The notes: a model not told the origin generated them from the letters alone. A stretch of DNA of 64,000 bases from an uncultured Holophagales bacterium (GCA_963842525.1 CAWJGT010000025.1:192001-256000); one strand, 5' to 3'. Shown: positions 1 to 10,136, numbered from the stretch's first letter. A program made the numbers and translations.

Positions 1-277
1 CGTGGAGCCTCCCGCCTGCCCGCAGGAACGCGCGCGGAAAGCGGGGGTCGAGAAGGCTCCGCCGCCAGCCGGCTGCCGAGAGGTGTGAAGCCTGGAGCAG
101 ACCCTCTTTCTGCGGGGTCGCGGAAGTCCAGGCACGAAGGGCGCTGGGGAGACGAGAAAACGGGCGTAGGCGGGCCTCTCCCAGCCGGAGCCCATGACGG
201 AAGCTGACGATCACCCCGGCACCCTCGCGAGCCAGGAGACCAGGGATTTCGGCCAGGTGCGAGCGGTGGCCGGTCAT
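1..277 (-). CDS. Hypothetical protein, truncated at window edge; third gene of the radical SAM/FGE operon
   Basis: ATG at 277-275 overlaps the FGE-gene stop (ATGA coupling); frame stays open to position 1. No recognisable motif. Confidence 0.4.
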   Translation of the reverse strand, partial: MTGHRSHLAEIPGLLAREGAGVIVSFRHGLRLGEARLRPFSRLPSALRAWTSATPQKEGLLQASHLSAAGWRRSLLDPRFPRAFLRAGGRLH

Positions 278-1192
278 GGATCGATCCGTGGACCGTAGAC
301 GATCCGAAAGCCATTGCGGTCACCGCATTCGCCGGCCGGCATGTGCCCTCGGAAGAAGCTGAGCATCCGTCCCGGCGCCGACCCGCTTCCCCAGGAGCCG
401 CCGCGCAGAACCCGATGTTCGGACAGGCCCGGCGCATAGACATCCTGGCACCATTCCCAGACGTTCCCCAGCATGTCGCTGAGCCCCCAGGGATTGCAGC
501 GGCCATGTCCGGGCCTGGAATGCTCCTCGACCGGCTCCGGCGCCGGCCTGCACGCGAAGCGGCCACACCGGTGCACGGCATGGTCATCGTCAAGCTCATC
601 CCCCCACCAATAAGCGCTCCGCGAACCCGCGCGGCACGCCAACTCCCATTCCGCCTCGCTCGGCAGTCGAAAGATCCGGTCTTCCCCAGGGCCGGACTGC
701 TCGCGTTCGCACTCTGTCAGCCAGACGGCAAAGGCAGTCGCGTCGAACCAGGAGAGGCAGGTTGCAGGCCAGCGGCCCCCCTCGTCCACGTGGACCCCGG
801 GCCTTCGAGGCCAACGCCAACAGGCGCCCGAGACGCGTCCCCATCCATTCCCCTGGAACACCCAGGCGCTCCCTTGCAACTCGGCGGTCGTCCGGTAGGG
901 AGTTTCCTGGGCTTCACGGGCCCGGACGAAAGCGGCAAACGAGAGCTCGGCTGACGGGCCGGGCCAGCATGTGGAACGGGGCGACGGCGACGGCGCGGAG
1001 GGGCGCATCCACATAGCCCGACTCTGTGGCGCCATAGCGGCGCACTGTCTCCGCAGGCGGGTCCGGGTTCCCCATCGGGAAGAGGATGGGGGCGTCTCCT
1101 TCGGGCGGGATGCGGCACATCCCGGCCAGGGCCCGCAGAGCGGGGTCGTGCTGGAAGGCCGCGGCCACGAGCTGCGTGCTCCCGGCGGCCAT
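274..1192 (-). CDS. Formylglycine-generating enzyme family (SUMF1/FGE-sulfatase domain) protein, one frameshift near 950
   Basis: Motifs RLPSEAEWELACRAG, NPWGLSDMLGNVWEWCQD, RVLRGGSW, NGFRIV. The N-terminus (MAAGSTQL...FPMG...PFHMLARPVS) is in ORF 914..1498. ATG 1192 overlaps the radical SAM TGA. Confidence 0.8.
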
Positions 1193-2483
1193 CAGAGGAA
1201 CTCCAGATCTCCCGGATGGCCGTACTTCCGCAGCTCGGAGAGAAAGCGGTCGACGACAGCTGTCTCGCTCGCTTCCAGGGGGCCGAGGTCGAGAAGAGGC
1301 TCTATCCGCGTGGTCAGGCGGCGGGCCTTGCAGACTGGAGGCCGCTGGCAGGCGCTGCAGAGGGCGCGGGCGCGCAGAACCGAGGACCAGATCTCGTCGA
1401 GCGTCTGTTCCAGGAGGTTGCCGATCCGATTGGCCGGTTGCCCCTTCCCCTCCGAGCACAGGTAGACGTCCCCGGTGTAGGCAACGCTCGCCATCCATGG
1501 ATGGCCTACACAGTGCGTGGGAGTGGGGGGCACCATCGCCCGCTCTCCCGCGGCCACCACTTCGGCGAAATAGTCCAGAGCGAAGAAGAGGCGGAGGCCG
1601 CTTCCCTCGACCAGGCGCAGGCCGGCTTCCTGGCTCCGCCGTACTTCGCCGAGGATCTCCGCCGGGATCTGGCTGGGGCCTGTGTAGTCCACCACGGGAC
1701 GGAACGCAATGTAGTCGATCCGCCCACCGGCGGCGATGATCTCAAGGGCTCGCCGCACGACCGGGATCAGGTCGCGGTAATTCACCTCGTTGACGACGAT
1801 TCCCAGCCCGAAGCTCGTGGGCGCATCGCCCAGCCGCTCGGCGACGATGCCGATGTTCCGCCAGACGCGGGCCGCGTGACGGGTGTCCTGGAGACCGTGG
1901 AAGCGTGCGTAGATCTCCGGAGTTGCGGCGTTGGCGCTGATGCGCAGGAACTCGGGCGCCGCTGCAAGCAGCCGGTCGACGAGAGGCTCGGTCAAGGGGC
2001 TGCCATTGGTGAAGAGCCCTGCGCGGAGTCCGAGCCGGCGTGCTATCTGGAGCCCATCAGGGGTGTGAGGATTGAGCAAGGGCTCGCCGCCGCCTGTGAA
2101 GATCACTCCCTTGACGCCCCCTTCGGCCATCCGCTGGAGGATGAGTTCCATGTCCTCCCTTGCCATGAACCGGTGCCCGGCGTTCTCCGCGGTGCTCTTC
2201 TCCCAATCCCCGTAGGTGCAGAACGGGCAGGCGTAGTTGCAGTCGAGGGTCGCGTCGAGTTCCATGGTGACAGGCCGCGCGTCGAAAGGTCGGCCCTGGA
2301 GAACGTGGGCGAGGTTCTCCGCATGCCAGAGCAGCTTGATTTCGTGCTGGACATCGAGGGGACGTCCGGGATCCCCATGGCCGCCAGGAGATCGATGGCG
2401 CTCCGTGCTCGCGGCAGGTCCGCGGTATCGGCCAACGCCTGCCGCAAGGCGTGTTCGAGGGCACTTCCGGGGGAGTCGTTCAT
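1192..2483 (-). CDS. Radical SAM protein with C-terminal SPASM/twitch-like domain (frameshift near 2360)
   Basis: CNYACPFC (CxxxCxxC), FTGGGEP, FTNGS; C-terminal HCVG...YTGDVYLC...IGNLLEQTLDEIW...C..C. The N-terminus MNDSPG... is in the adjacent frame. Confidence 0.85.
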
Positions 2484-2503
2484 ATGATCGGCATGTCTTC
2501 TCA

Positions 2504-4082
2504 GAGGCTGTGAAGGAATCGCGGGTCCGAGATTTGAAGGCGGAGGGCGGTAACAAGGCACATAATAGATGTGAGGATCCTAAAGCGTGCGCGGTCAGGG
2601 GCCACATCGTATCCGACGCGAGCTAAGGCAGCGACAAGCGGTCGAAAACAGACTTGGACAGGGGAATTACCCTCCTTTTCGCCGCGAGGCCCTGACCTTT
2701 ATGCCGATGCGACGCAGCCCGCGCCCAGCGAGAGGGTGCGCATCAGGTTGTGGGCAATGGCGAACCAAAGCAGCACCGCTCGGGCCTTGTGCAGGCCTCG
2801 CACTAACAGACGTTGCAGCCCGCGGTTGCGAGCCAGAGCGTTGACACATTCCACGCTCGACGCCCGCTGCTTGTAGATCTCTTTGGCCTCCGGTGTGCCC
2901 ATGCGTTGGCGCCACTGCGCGATTGCCGGTGAATGGGTCGACAGAGGCACATACGGATCGCGCGTCTTGTCCTTCGGCTTGGCGACCGGCGCATAGACCG
3001 TGGTGCCCAACTCGCTGGCCTTCTCGATATCTTTCAAACCGGCAAAACCACCATCGACCAAGCTCTCTGGCGGAATCACTTCATAGCGCTCTTCCAGTTG
3101 CTCCAGCATCGGCACCAACTGACCCTGATCGCTGCCGCTGTTGCTGACATCCACTCCCACCACGATCTGCGTCTCGGCGTCGACCGAAAACTGACCGTTG
3201 TACGCTGGACGAAATCCTCCATCCCCCATCTTCATCACCCGTGCCTCGGCATCCGTCGTCGACACCCGCGCCTGGTCTCTCTTCTCCGCTGGCTTCTCGG
3301 CCGCAACCTCTGCCATCTGCGCCAACGCCGCCTTGACCCGATGCTGGCGGTCCTCCGCCGCGCGCTGCCGGGCTGCCGTCTGACGACGATTCGTCGCCTC
3401 CGGGTCTTTCTTCAAGCTCCTCGCGCAGGCGTTCAACCTGCTCCTGTGCCTCTTGTAGACAGCGCTCCAGACTCGATTGACGCCGAAACGAGGCCGCACG
3501 GCACTGGCACGCACACGGATGCCGTCCTGCGACACACGGTTCAGTGTCACCAGCTTCTGCTCCATCAACACCGCCACGCTCTGCGTCAGCACCTGATCGA
3601 GAAATTCCTCGTGCTGCACCCGAAAGTCCGACAAAGAGTGGTGGTTCACCCGATACACCCCCCAAGATCCACCGATACGCATCGTGTTGAAGCGTCAGAC
3701 GCTCCAGGGCTCGCGCGCTGCCCACGCCCTCAATCGTGGCGTACAACCATAAGGCCATGTAGATCCGCGGGTCGATGGCTGGACGGCCCGCACCCCCCTC
3801 CACCGATTGCACCTCCGCGTACAGAGGGCTCAGATCCAGGGACTCCACGAACTCCCAGACGGCACGCGCAACGTGATCCGGCGGCAGAAGACTTTCCAGG
3901 TCCACGGGGCGCAGTTCCATCTGCGACCGGTTAGGAACCACCAAACGAGGAACCCCTTTCGCTTTGGCGGGCTCAGCACTCACTTCCGGCGCAGGGATAG
4001 GGAACAGAGTGTCGCTCATGCAGTAAGTATCTCATGGATACGCTCCGCTACGAACCGCTTACCGGGATTTTTTCACAGGCTC
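2504..4082 (-). mobile_element. IS1182-family insertion sequence
   Basis: Imperfect terminal inverted repeats GAGGCTGTGAAGGAATC (2504-2520) and GATTTTTTCACAGGCTC (4066-4082). TCA flanks both ends (TCTCAG shared at both junctions). Encloses a DDE transposase. Confidence 0.85.
2699..4019 (-). CDS. IS1182-family DDE transposase (frameshift near 3650)
   Basis: N-terminal LLPPDHVARAVWEFV...GRPAIDPR...LWLYA; C-terminal STTDAEARVMK...AYNGQ...LVDGGF...YKQRASSVE. Two ORFs (3081..4019, 2699..3682) join at GGVS-VNHH. Confidence 0.85.
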
Positions 4083-4219
4083 TCAGGCCTGCTGGACCCA
4101 TCACCCACTGCCTGTGGTTTCCTGCCAGGGTAGTACAGTCCAAAAGGATGGTCCAATACAGAAATGCACCTCTGGAGGTGTGGCGATCTGTTGAAGGCGG
4201 TTCCTCGCCCGAAAATCGC

Positions 4220-5015
4220 GGGACGAATACGGACGAAACACGGACGAACAGGGACGGGACACGGACGCAGAGCCGAGTGACCAAAAACGTGATTCTGGGC
4301 ACCAGACTGCCCAGTAGGACAGCTCGGCGGAAATGACTGTCCTGCAAGGATTTGCAGGCGAGAAAGCGTCGTGGAGCCCCCCTCGCGCTGCCAAAACAGC
4401 CGAAAACGAAACCAGTTTCGTTTTTTGCGACGCGGAAAAGCCTGCTGGGATTGGTTTTTTTTCGATTTTGACGGATCAAAAAGATGGTTCAAACTGGTGT
4501 AGAAAGGCAACCGCAGGAAGGTAGTTAAAACCAGTGGTCTGGAGGGGGTTGGGAGGGACGCCGCGGCTGGCGCGGGACGGGCCACCTGAGCGGAGGGAGA
4601 GACACGGACGAACACGGACGGACACTCCCCCGCCCGGACCCTCACCCCGACCCTCTCCCACCCGCACTCCCTTCCTTCCGGGAGAGGGCGCCCCCAACCA
4701 AAAAGCCGGACTGACCAAAACTTACGTTCTGATCAGTAGTTTTCCACACCGGACGGCGTCGCGGAAATGCCCGTCCGGCTTGAGTTTGCTCGCGCTGAAC
4801 CGTCATCCAGACCCCCCCGCGGCCGTCTCTACCACGGAAAACGAAACTGAGTTTCGTTTTTTGCGGCGCGGAAAAGCCCGCCGGGATTGGATTTTCGCGA
4901 TTTTGAGGGGGCGAAAAAGGCGGTTCAAACCCCTGTAGAAAGGCAACCGTAGGAAGGTAGTTAAAACCAGTGGTCGGAGGGGGGCGGGAGGGGGGCGCCG
5001 CGGCTGGCGCGGACG
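4220..5015. repeat. Imperfect tandem duplication of a ~360-420 bp non-coding unit
   Basis: Block GAAAACGAAAC..GTTTCGTTTTTTGCG.CGCGGAAAAGCC...TGTAGAAAGGCAACCG.AGGAAGGTAGTTAAAACCAGTGGTC occurs at ~4402-4539 and ~4837-4975. Each unit starts with ACGGACG(A) microrepeats; the second carries a REP at ~4640-4688. Confidence 0.8.
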
Positions 5016-5413
5016 AGCACGAGACGCCGCCAGGCGGCTCGCGCGCAGCGCGCCAAGACGCGGCGCGGGGGTGGGGGGCCGGGTGGGCGGGCCGAGGCCC
5101 TTGCAGGGGCCGGAGGGGGACGGGCGGGGCGGGGTGGTCGAATAAACCCGGCAGGTTGGCGGAGCGCTTCGAAGGCATGGCTCCATGGACCTGTGGAGCC
5201 AAGCTGGCGGACCTTGTTGCGGGGGGAGGCCCGGGTAGGTGCCCGCCCCTGGTTAACATAGTGCAGTCCATTATGTAAAGGCGAAGCCCGTAGGCGGGGA
5301 GTGGGCGCAGGGCGAGGGTCGGATAAAGTCGTTCATTTATCGGACCCTCGCCCGGCGGGAGGGGGAGCCGCCCCCGCCGGAGCCAGGGGCGGGCAGCTCC
5401 CGGGCCGGAGGGC

Positions 5414-7152
5414 GGGGGAAATCAAAATGGGGTGGGCGGCCGTGGATTGGGTGGGCGCACCGGCGGATCGACGGCTGGCTTTCCACGACCACAGTCTCCG
5501 GGGCGGCCACCCGGCCTTGTTGAAACACGGCTGCCATCACCACGAAAAATACGCCGGAGAGAGGGCGGTGGGACGCTGCTATCACGGCGGCGGTGCCCGG
5601 CGCGCGGGGTGGCGGGCTTTTGCGCGAGCGCCTTGTGGGGGCGCGCCCTCGCGGCAGCACCGGGGACGCGGATGGGCGGCGGGAGGTTGCCAACGTCACG
5701 GCTGGATGGACCTCGCGCGGGTGGCGGGACGCTGCCATCGCCGCGGCGGCTGCCCGGCGCGCGGGGTGGTGGGTTTTGCGCCAGCGCCTTTGTGGGGGCG
5801 CGCCTTCGCGGCAGCTCCGCATGGAGACGTTTGCCCTTCTCCACCTTCGGATGGAGCTCGAGGGGTGGGAGCAGGTTGCGGAGCGTCAGCGGAGTCAGCT
5901 GCGTGGGCGGGGGAAAATCGAATGGGCGGGTGGCCGGTAGATTGGGTGGGCGCGCCGGAGGACCGGAGGACGGCTTTTCACGGCCGCAGGCTCTGGGGCG
6001 GCCACCCGGCCTTGTGGGCTGAGGCCCCTTGAGGGACCGGAGGTGGATGGGCGGGGCGGGGTGATCGAATAAACCCGGCAGGTTGGCGTAGCGGTCTTCG
6101 AAGGCATGGCCTTCAGCGGCCAGCGGAGCCAATCTGCCGGACCTTGCTTGATGGGTGGAGCGGGTCGCGCACTGTGCTCGTGAGTGGGTGGCCTGGGTGG
6201 TGGTCACGTGCACTGTGCCGATCCCGCGCGCGGGGGAAATCAAGATGGGTGGGCGGCCGGGAGATCGGGTGGGCGCGCCGGAGGACAGGAGGACGGCTGT
6301 TCACGGCCGCGGGCTCTGGCGCGGCCACTCGGCCTTATTTCATACACGGCTGCCATCACCACGGCAGGATGGACCTCGAGCGGGTGGGAGCAGGTTGCGG
6401 AGCGCCAGCGGAGTCAAGCTGCGAGGCGGGAGATCGAGATGGACTCGGCAGGTTGGCGTAGCTTGCGAAGCCAATCTGCCGGACCTTGCTTGATGGGTGG
6501 AGCGGGTCGCGCACTGTGCTCGTGAGTGGGCGGCTTGGGTGGTGGTCACGTGCACTGTGCCGATCCCGCGCGCGGGGGAGATCAAAATGGGTGGGCGGCC
6601 GGGGAATTGGGTGGGCGCGCCGGAGGACCGGAGGCCGGTTGTTCACGGCCGCAGGCTCAGGGGCGGCCACCCGGCCTCGGGCGGGGGTGGTTCGCCGACC
6701 CGGAGCTGCTCTGTCGGGGCAAGACGGCTCGCAGGCCCTCCTCATCAAATGGGCGGGCGGCCGGGGAATTGGGTGGGCGCGCCGGAGGACCGGAGGACGG
6801 CTTTTCACGGCCGTAGGCTTCGGGGCGGCCACCCGGCCTTGCATGATGGAGGCTCCGACTGCGAAGAGGCTGAGCGCAGAGAGGCTGGGAGCAGTTCGGC
6901 GGAGCGCTCCGCGCGGAGCCGATCTGCGGGCGGAAGCTGCGGGGACCACGGTCGCTGAGCCGACAGAGGAGCGGAGGGTCGGCGAACCGGATGGGCGGGC
7001 GGGGTTCGCCGACCCGGAGCTGCTCTGTCGGGGCAAGACAGCTCGCAGGCCCTCCTCATCAAATGGGTTGACGGCCGGGGAATTGGGTGGGGGCGCCGGA
7101 GGACCGGAGGCCGGCTGTTCACGGCCGCAGGCTTCGGGGCGGCCACCCGGCC
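5414..7152. repeat. Array of six 68-bp palindromic units in a mosaic of other repeats
   Basis: GGGTGGGCGCGCCGGAGGACCGGAGG.CGGCT.TTCACGGCCGCAGGCT..GGGGCGGCCACCCGGCC at 5449-5516, 5944-6011, 6267-6334, 6609-6676, 6771-6838, 7085-7152. Each is preceded by an ATCAAAATGGGTGGGCGGCCGGGGAATT-like motif. Confidence 0.85.
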
Positions 7153-7404
7153 TTTTCAAAAGACGGCCGCCGTCACCGCCCGCGGATGGATCTCGCGCGG
7201 GTGGTTGGGCGCTGCCGTCCCCGCCTGGCTGCTTGGCGCGCGGGGCGGCGGCGTTTGTGTCAACGATCAGGTGGGGGCGCGCCTTTCACGGGAGTTCCGG
7301 GGACGCGGGTGGGTGGCGGGGACGTTGCCGTCGCCGCGGCGGGATGGACCTCGCTCGGGTGGTCGGATGGCGCCGCCGTCCCGGCCTGGGCTGCGGGAGC
7401 CGGA

Positions 7405-7899
7405 TAACGTTTCCGGAAACGAAACCGGGCGGCTGCCGTCGCCGCGGGAGTTGGCCGGCGAGAGGTGGGCGGGCGGCGTGGTCATCGCCGCGGCGGCTGC
7501 CTGGCGCGCGGGGCGGTGGCGTGTGCGTCAGCGGGCTGGTGGTGGTGGGGCGCCTTCGCGATCGGCTCAGGGACGCCGTTGGGTGGGGGTGTAGGCCCCA
7601 CGGTGCCCGGGAGCTCGCGAGGGGGCGTTGCATCCAGCACAGACCGGGCGGTGGGAGCCTCATGGAATTTGCATAGATGTTTGGCTATATTAAAGAAATT
7701 GCAGAACCGCCCAGGCCGCGCCCAGGCCTGCGTGCGGGCCTGCGTAGCCGCGTGCGGACTTGTGTGCAGACCCGCGTGCGGCTTGCGCGGCAAATTCTGC
7801 GGCCCCCCCTCCGCCCCCTTCGGTTCAGCTCTCTGGCGGATGGAAATTTCAGAAGAGCGGAACGAAGCTCCAGAGAGTCTCGGAGTGACGAGCTAAAAT
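7405..7899. repeat. Long imperfect direct repeat, left copy
   Basis: Matches 8880-9330, e.g. TTGGCTATATTAAA, GCGGCAAATTCTGCGGCCCCC, TTCGGTTCAGCTCTCT..CGGATGG.AATTTCAGAAGAGCGGAACGAA. Confidence 0.8.
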
Positions 7900-7970
7900 T
7901 CTCTGGACGAGGGGGTCACGATCGAATGTCGTTCTCGTGGCGCTATTCCTGGATGGGGGGTGAAATCCAC

Positions 7971-8873
7971 ATGCGGACAAAAACCCGACGAGATGTTGAG
8001 GCGCTCTGGACTGTCGAGGACGTAGCCGAGTACCTTGCAGTGCCGATCGAGGCCGTACACGAGATGATCGCCAAGAGGAGCATCCCGCACCTCACGATCT
8101 GCGAGCATCTGCGTTTCCGGAAGTCGGACATCGACCGCTGGCTCGATCTCCTGGCTGTGCCGTGCCTGGACCAAGCTCCACGGCCAGTCGTTCCTCCGTT
8201 GGAGCTCCCCGCAGCGCGCGTGCGTCATCGGGAACGGGATTGTCCCCCGGAAGCTCCCCTGCTCATTCCGCAGCCAACATCCCAGATCTCGGTTCCCTCG
8301 GCTCGGCTATTGCCGCCGACGAATCTCCCTGCCGTACCCGCTTCGCTTGGCCGTAAGGGACCCGAGTATCTCTACCTCCAGGAACTTGTGAAGCGGATGG
8401 GTGAGGCTCATGGCTTCCGGGTCACAATCGAGCAGCAGATCTTGGATGGCCATGGAAGCGTGGACGTTGTCATGGAACGGGAAGGTTGGCGGCTTGGGTG
8501 CGAGATCCTGGTGACTTCAACCGCCGGCCAGGAAGTCGGAAACGTACAAAAGTGTCTCGCCGCCGGCTTCGATGCAGTTGCAGTCGTCTCGCCTGACAAG
8601 CGGCAGATCAAGAAGCTCAGAAGTGCGTTTGCCAAAGGGCTCACACAGGGAGAGCTTGCTCGCGTAAGGCTCCTTGCTCCAGAGGAGCTGTCTGCCTACT
8701 TCGAGGAACTGTCGGCTCCTACCGAGAAGGTAGTAGAAAAAACCATCCACGGATATAAGGTGAAGGTCCGCTACACACGCACTGATCCCGAAGATGAAGC
8801 ACGACGCGTGCGAGCGATAGCCGAGGTCATTGGTCGGAGCCTATTGAGGATGAGGAAGGAGAGCGGTTCGTGA
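7971..8873 (+). CDS. Excisionase-like HTH (HTH_17) protein fused to a PD-(D/E)XK-like domain
   Basis: N-terminal LWTVEDVAEYLAV...IPHLTICEHLRFRKSDIDRWL; Pro-rich linker; C-terminal IEQQILDGHGSVDVVMEREGWRLGCEI...NVQKCLAAGFD. G-rich SD-like sequence before ATG 7971. Confidence 0.7.
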   Translation: MRTKTRRDVEALWTVEDVAEYLAVPIEAVHEMIAKRSIPHLTICEHLRFRKSDIDRWLDLLAVPCLDQAPRPVVPPLELPAARVRHRERDCPPEAPLLIPQPTSQISVPSARLLPPTNLPAVPASLGRKGPEYLYLQELVKRMGEAHGFRVTIEQQILDGHGSVDVVMEREGWRLGCEILVTSTAGQEVGNVQKCLAAGFDAVAVVSPDKRQIKKLRSAFAKGLTQGELARVRLLAPEELSAYFEELSAPTEKVVEKTIHGYKVKVRYTRTDPEDEARRVRAIAEVIGRSLLRMRKESGS

Positions 8874-8879
8874 CCCCTG

Positions 8880-9330
8880 TAACCCTTCCGGAAGCGAAAC
8901 CGGGGGCTGCATCGCCGGCCTGGAGCTGGGCGGCGAGAGGTGGTCGGGTGGCGTGGTCATCGCTTCGGGAGCTGCCCGGCGCGGGGTGGTGCATCGGCGA
9001 GCTGGTGGGGCGCGCGGGATCGCGTCCAGCGTAAACGGGGGCGCCGGAGGGTCTCATGTGTTGTATGTATTATTGGCTATATTAAAAAGAATTAGCAGGC
9101 CCACCTAGGCCGCGCTCCGGCTGCGTGCGGGCCTGCGTGGCCGCGTACGGACTTGCGTGCAGACCTGCGTGTGGCTCCCCAGAGCCGCCTGCGGACTTAC
9201 GTGCGGCTTGCGCGGCAAATTCTGCGGCCCCCCACCCCCCTCCGCTCCCTTCGGTTCAGCTCTCTCGCGGATGGGAATTTCAGAAGAGCGGAACGAAACT
9301 CCAGGAAGTCTCGGAGCGACGATCTAAAAT
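8880..9330. repeat. Long imperfect direct repeat, right copy
   Basis: Homologous to 7405-7899; begins a few bp after the stop of the HTH-nuclease gene. Confidence 0.8.
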
Positions 9331-10077
9331 GTTCTTACTAGATCTCAAATGGGCTTTGTTGGAGCTGCCTTTGGCGATCCAGGATGAAACAGCCTGCCGC
9401 TAGCCGCCGCCGCCCACTTTCACCTAGAACCGGAGCCCGCGGCGAGCTGGAGCATGGATGGTAGGCTGCCGATGTAGGCTACTGGCGGCCAGACGCGGGG
9501 CCCGACTGGCGAGCCCAGCGGCTTGGGCCACTCGCTGGCCGCGGTGGGCTGCTGGCGATCCAGGCGGCTCCAGTGCCGCTGCTAGGCCCTCTACGGCGTT
9601 TTCCCGGCCCGCGGCAGGGTCAGGATAGCCCAGGGGCCGAGGCTCAGAGGAGCTGTCAGACGGCTTGGCTTTGATCGGGCTGCTCGAGCACGATCGCGAA
9701 GCACGGGTGAGAGGCGAGGGAAGGCCCTCCGGCCGGCGATGAGGTAGACGCCTTGCTCACAGGATGCAAGGTCGAGGCAAGCCCACCCAAGCCAGCCAGG
9801 GGCATGCTCGGGAGGATCTCGGGGGTGCCTCCTTCAAGAGGCCTGGCTCCCCCGAGCGGCGCAACAGCCGGCGGGGTGCTCTTGGCCAGCCGTTCTGTTG
9901 ACACTTTGGTACCCCCAAGTGACCCGGGAACACTCGTGAAAAGTGAAGCCACTGAAAACAAACAACTTACACGCAGTGATCGGGTCTGGGGGGACGTGGT
10001 TGGAGCCGTTTTCGCGAGTCCATTGCGGCGCATAGCGGGGCAGAGAGTCGCGACCTTGCCGCTGAGACCTCAGCTAC

Positions 10078-10134
10078 GTCCCCCCTCTCCCGGAGGCAGG
10101 GGGGGCGATGGGAGAGGGGGGACAGGGGGTGAGG
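10078..10134. repeat. REP-like element (CCTCACCCCC/GGGAGAGGG family), half copy
   Basis: CCCCCTCTCCC...GGGAGAGGGGGGACAGGGGGTGAGG, downstream of the FKBP gene. Confidence 0.7.
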
Positions 10135-10136
10135 TC

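Noticed and set aside
1192-2483. Radical SAM as maturase of the RiPP precursor at 46813-47046
   Set aside because: 44 kb apart, no RRE evident, and the precursor leader looks lanthipeptide-type; no supporting link.
2661-2680. GGGGAATTACCCTCCTTT inside the IS, resembling the Fic-flanking repeat
   Set aside because: A single short match with a mismatch and no iteration; could be chance.
5414-7152. CRISPR array interpretation of the repeats
   Set aside because: Units are 68 bp or longer, spacers are roughly 95-430 bp and partly duplicated, and no cas gene is present.
4034-7896. Many overlapping ORFs (up to 396 aa) in the repeat region
   Set aside because: Low-complexity Gly/Arg/Pro/Ala translations in all frames; expected from stop-poor GC-rich repeats, with no motifs or SD.
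9985-10010. tRNA or tmRNA 3'-end remnant (reverse complement ends in CCA)
   Set aside because: No T-loop GTTCRA consensus or cloverleaf can be built.
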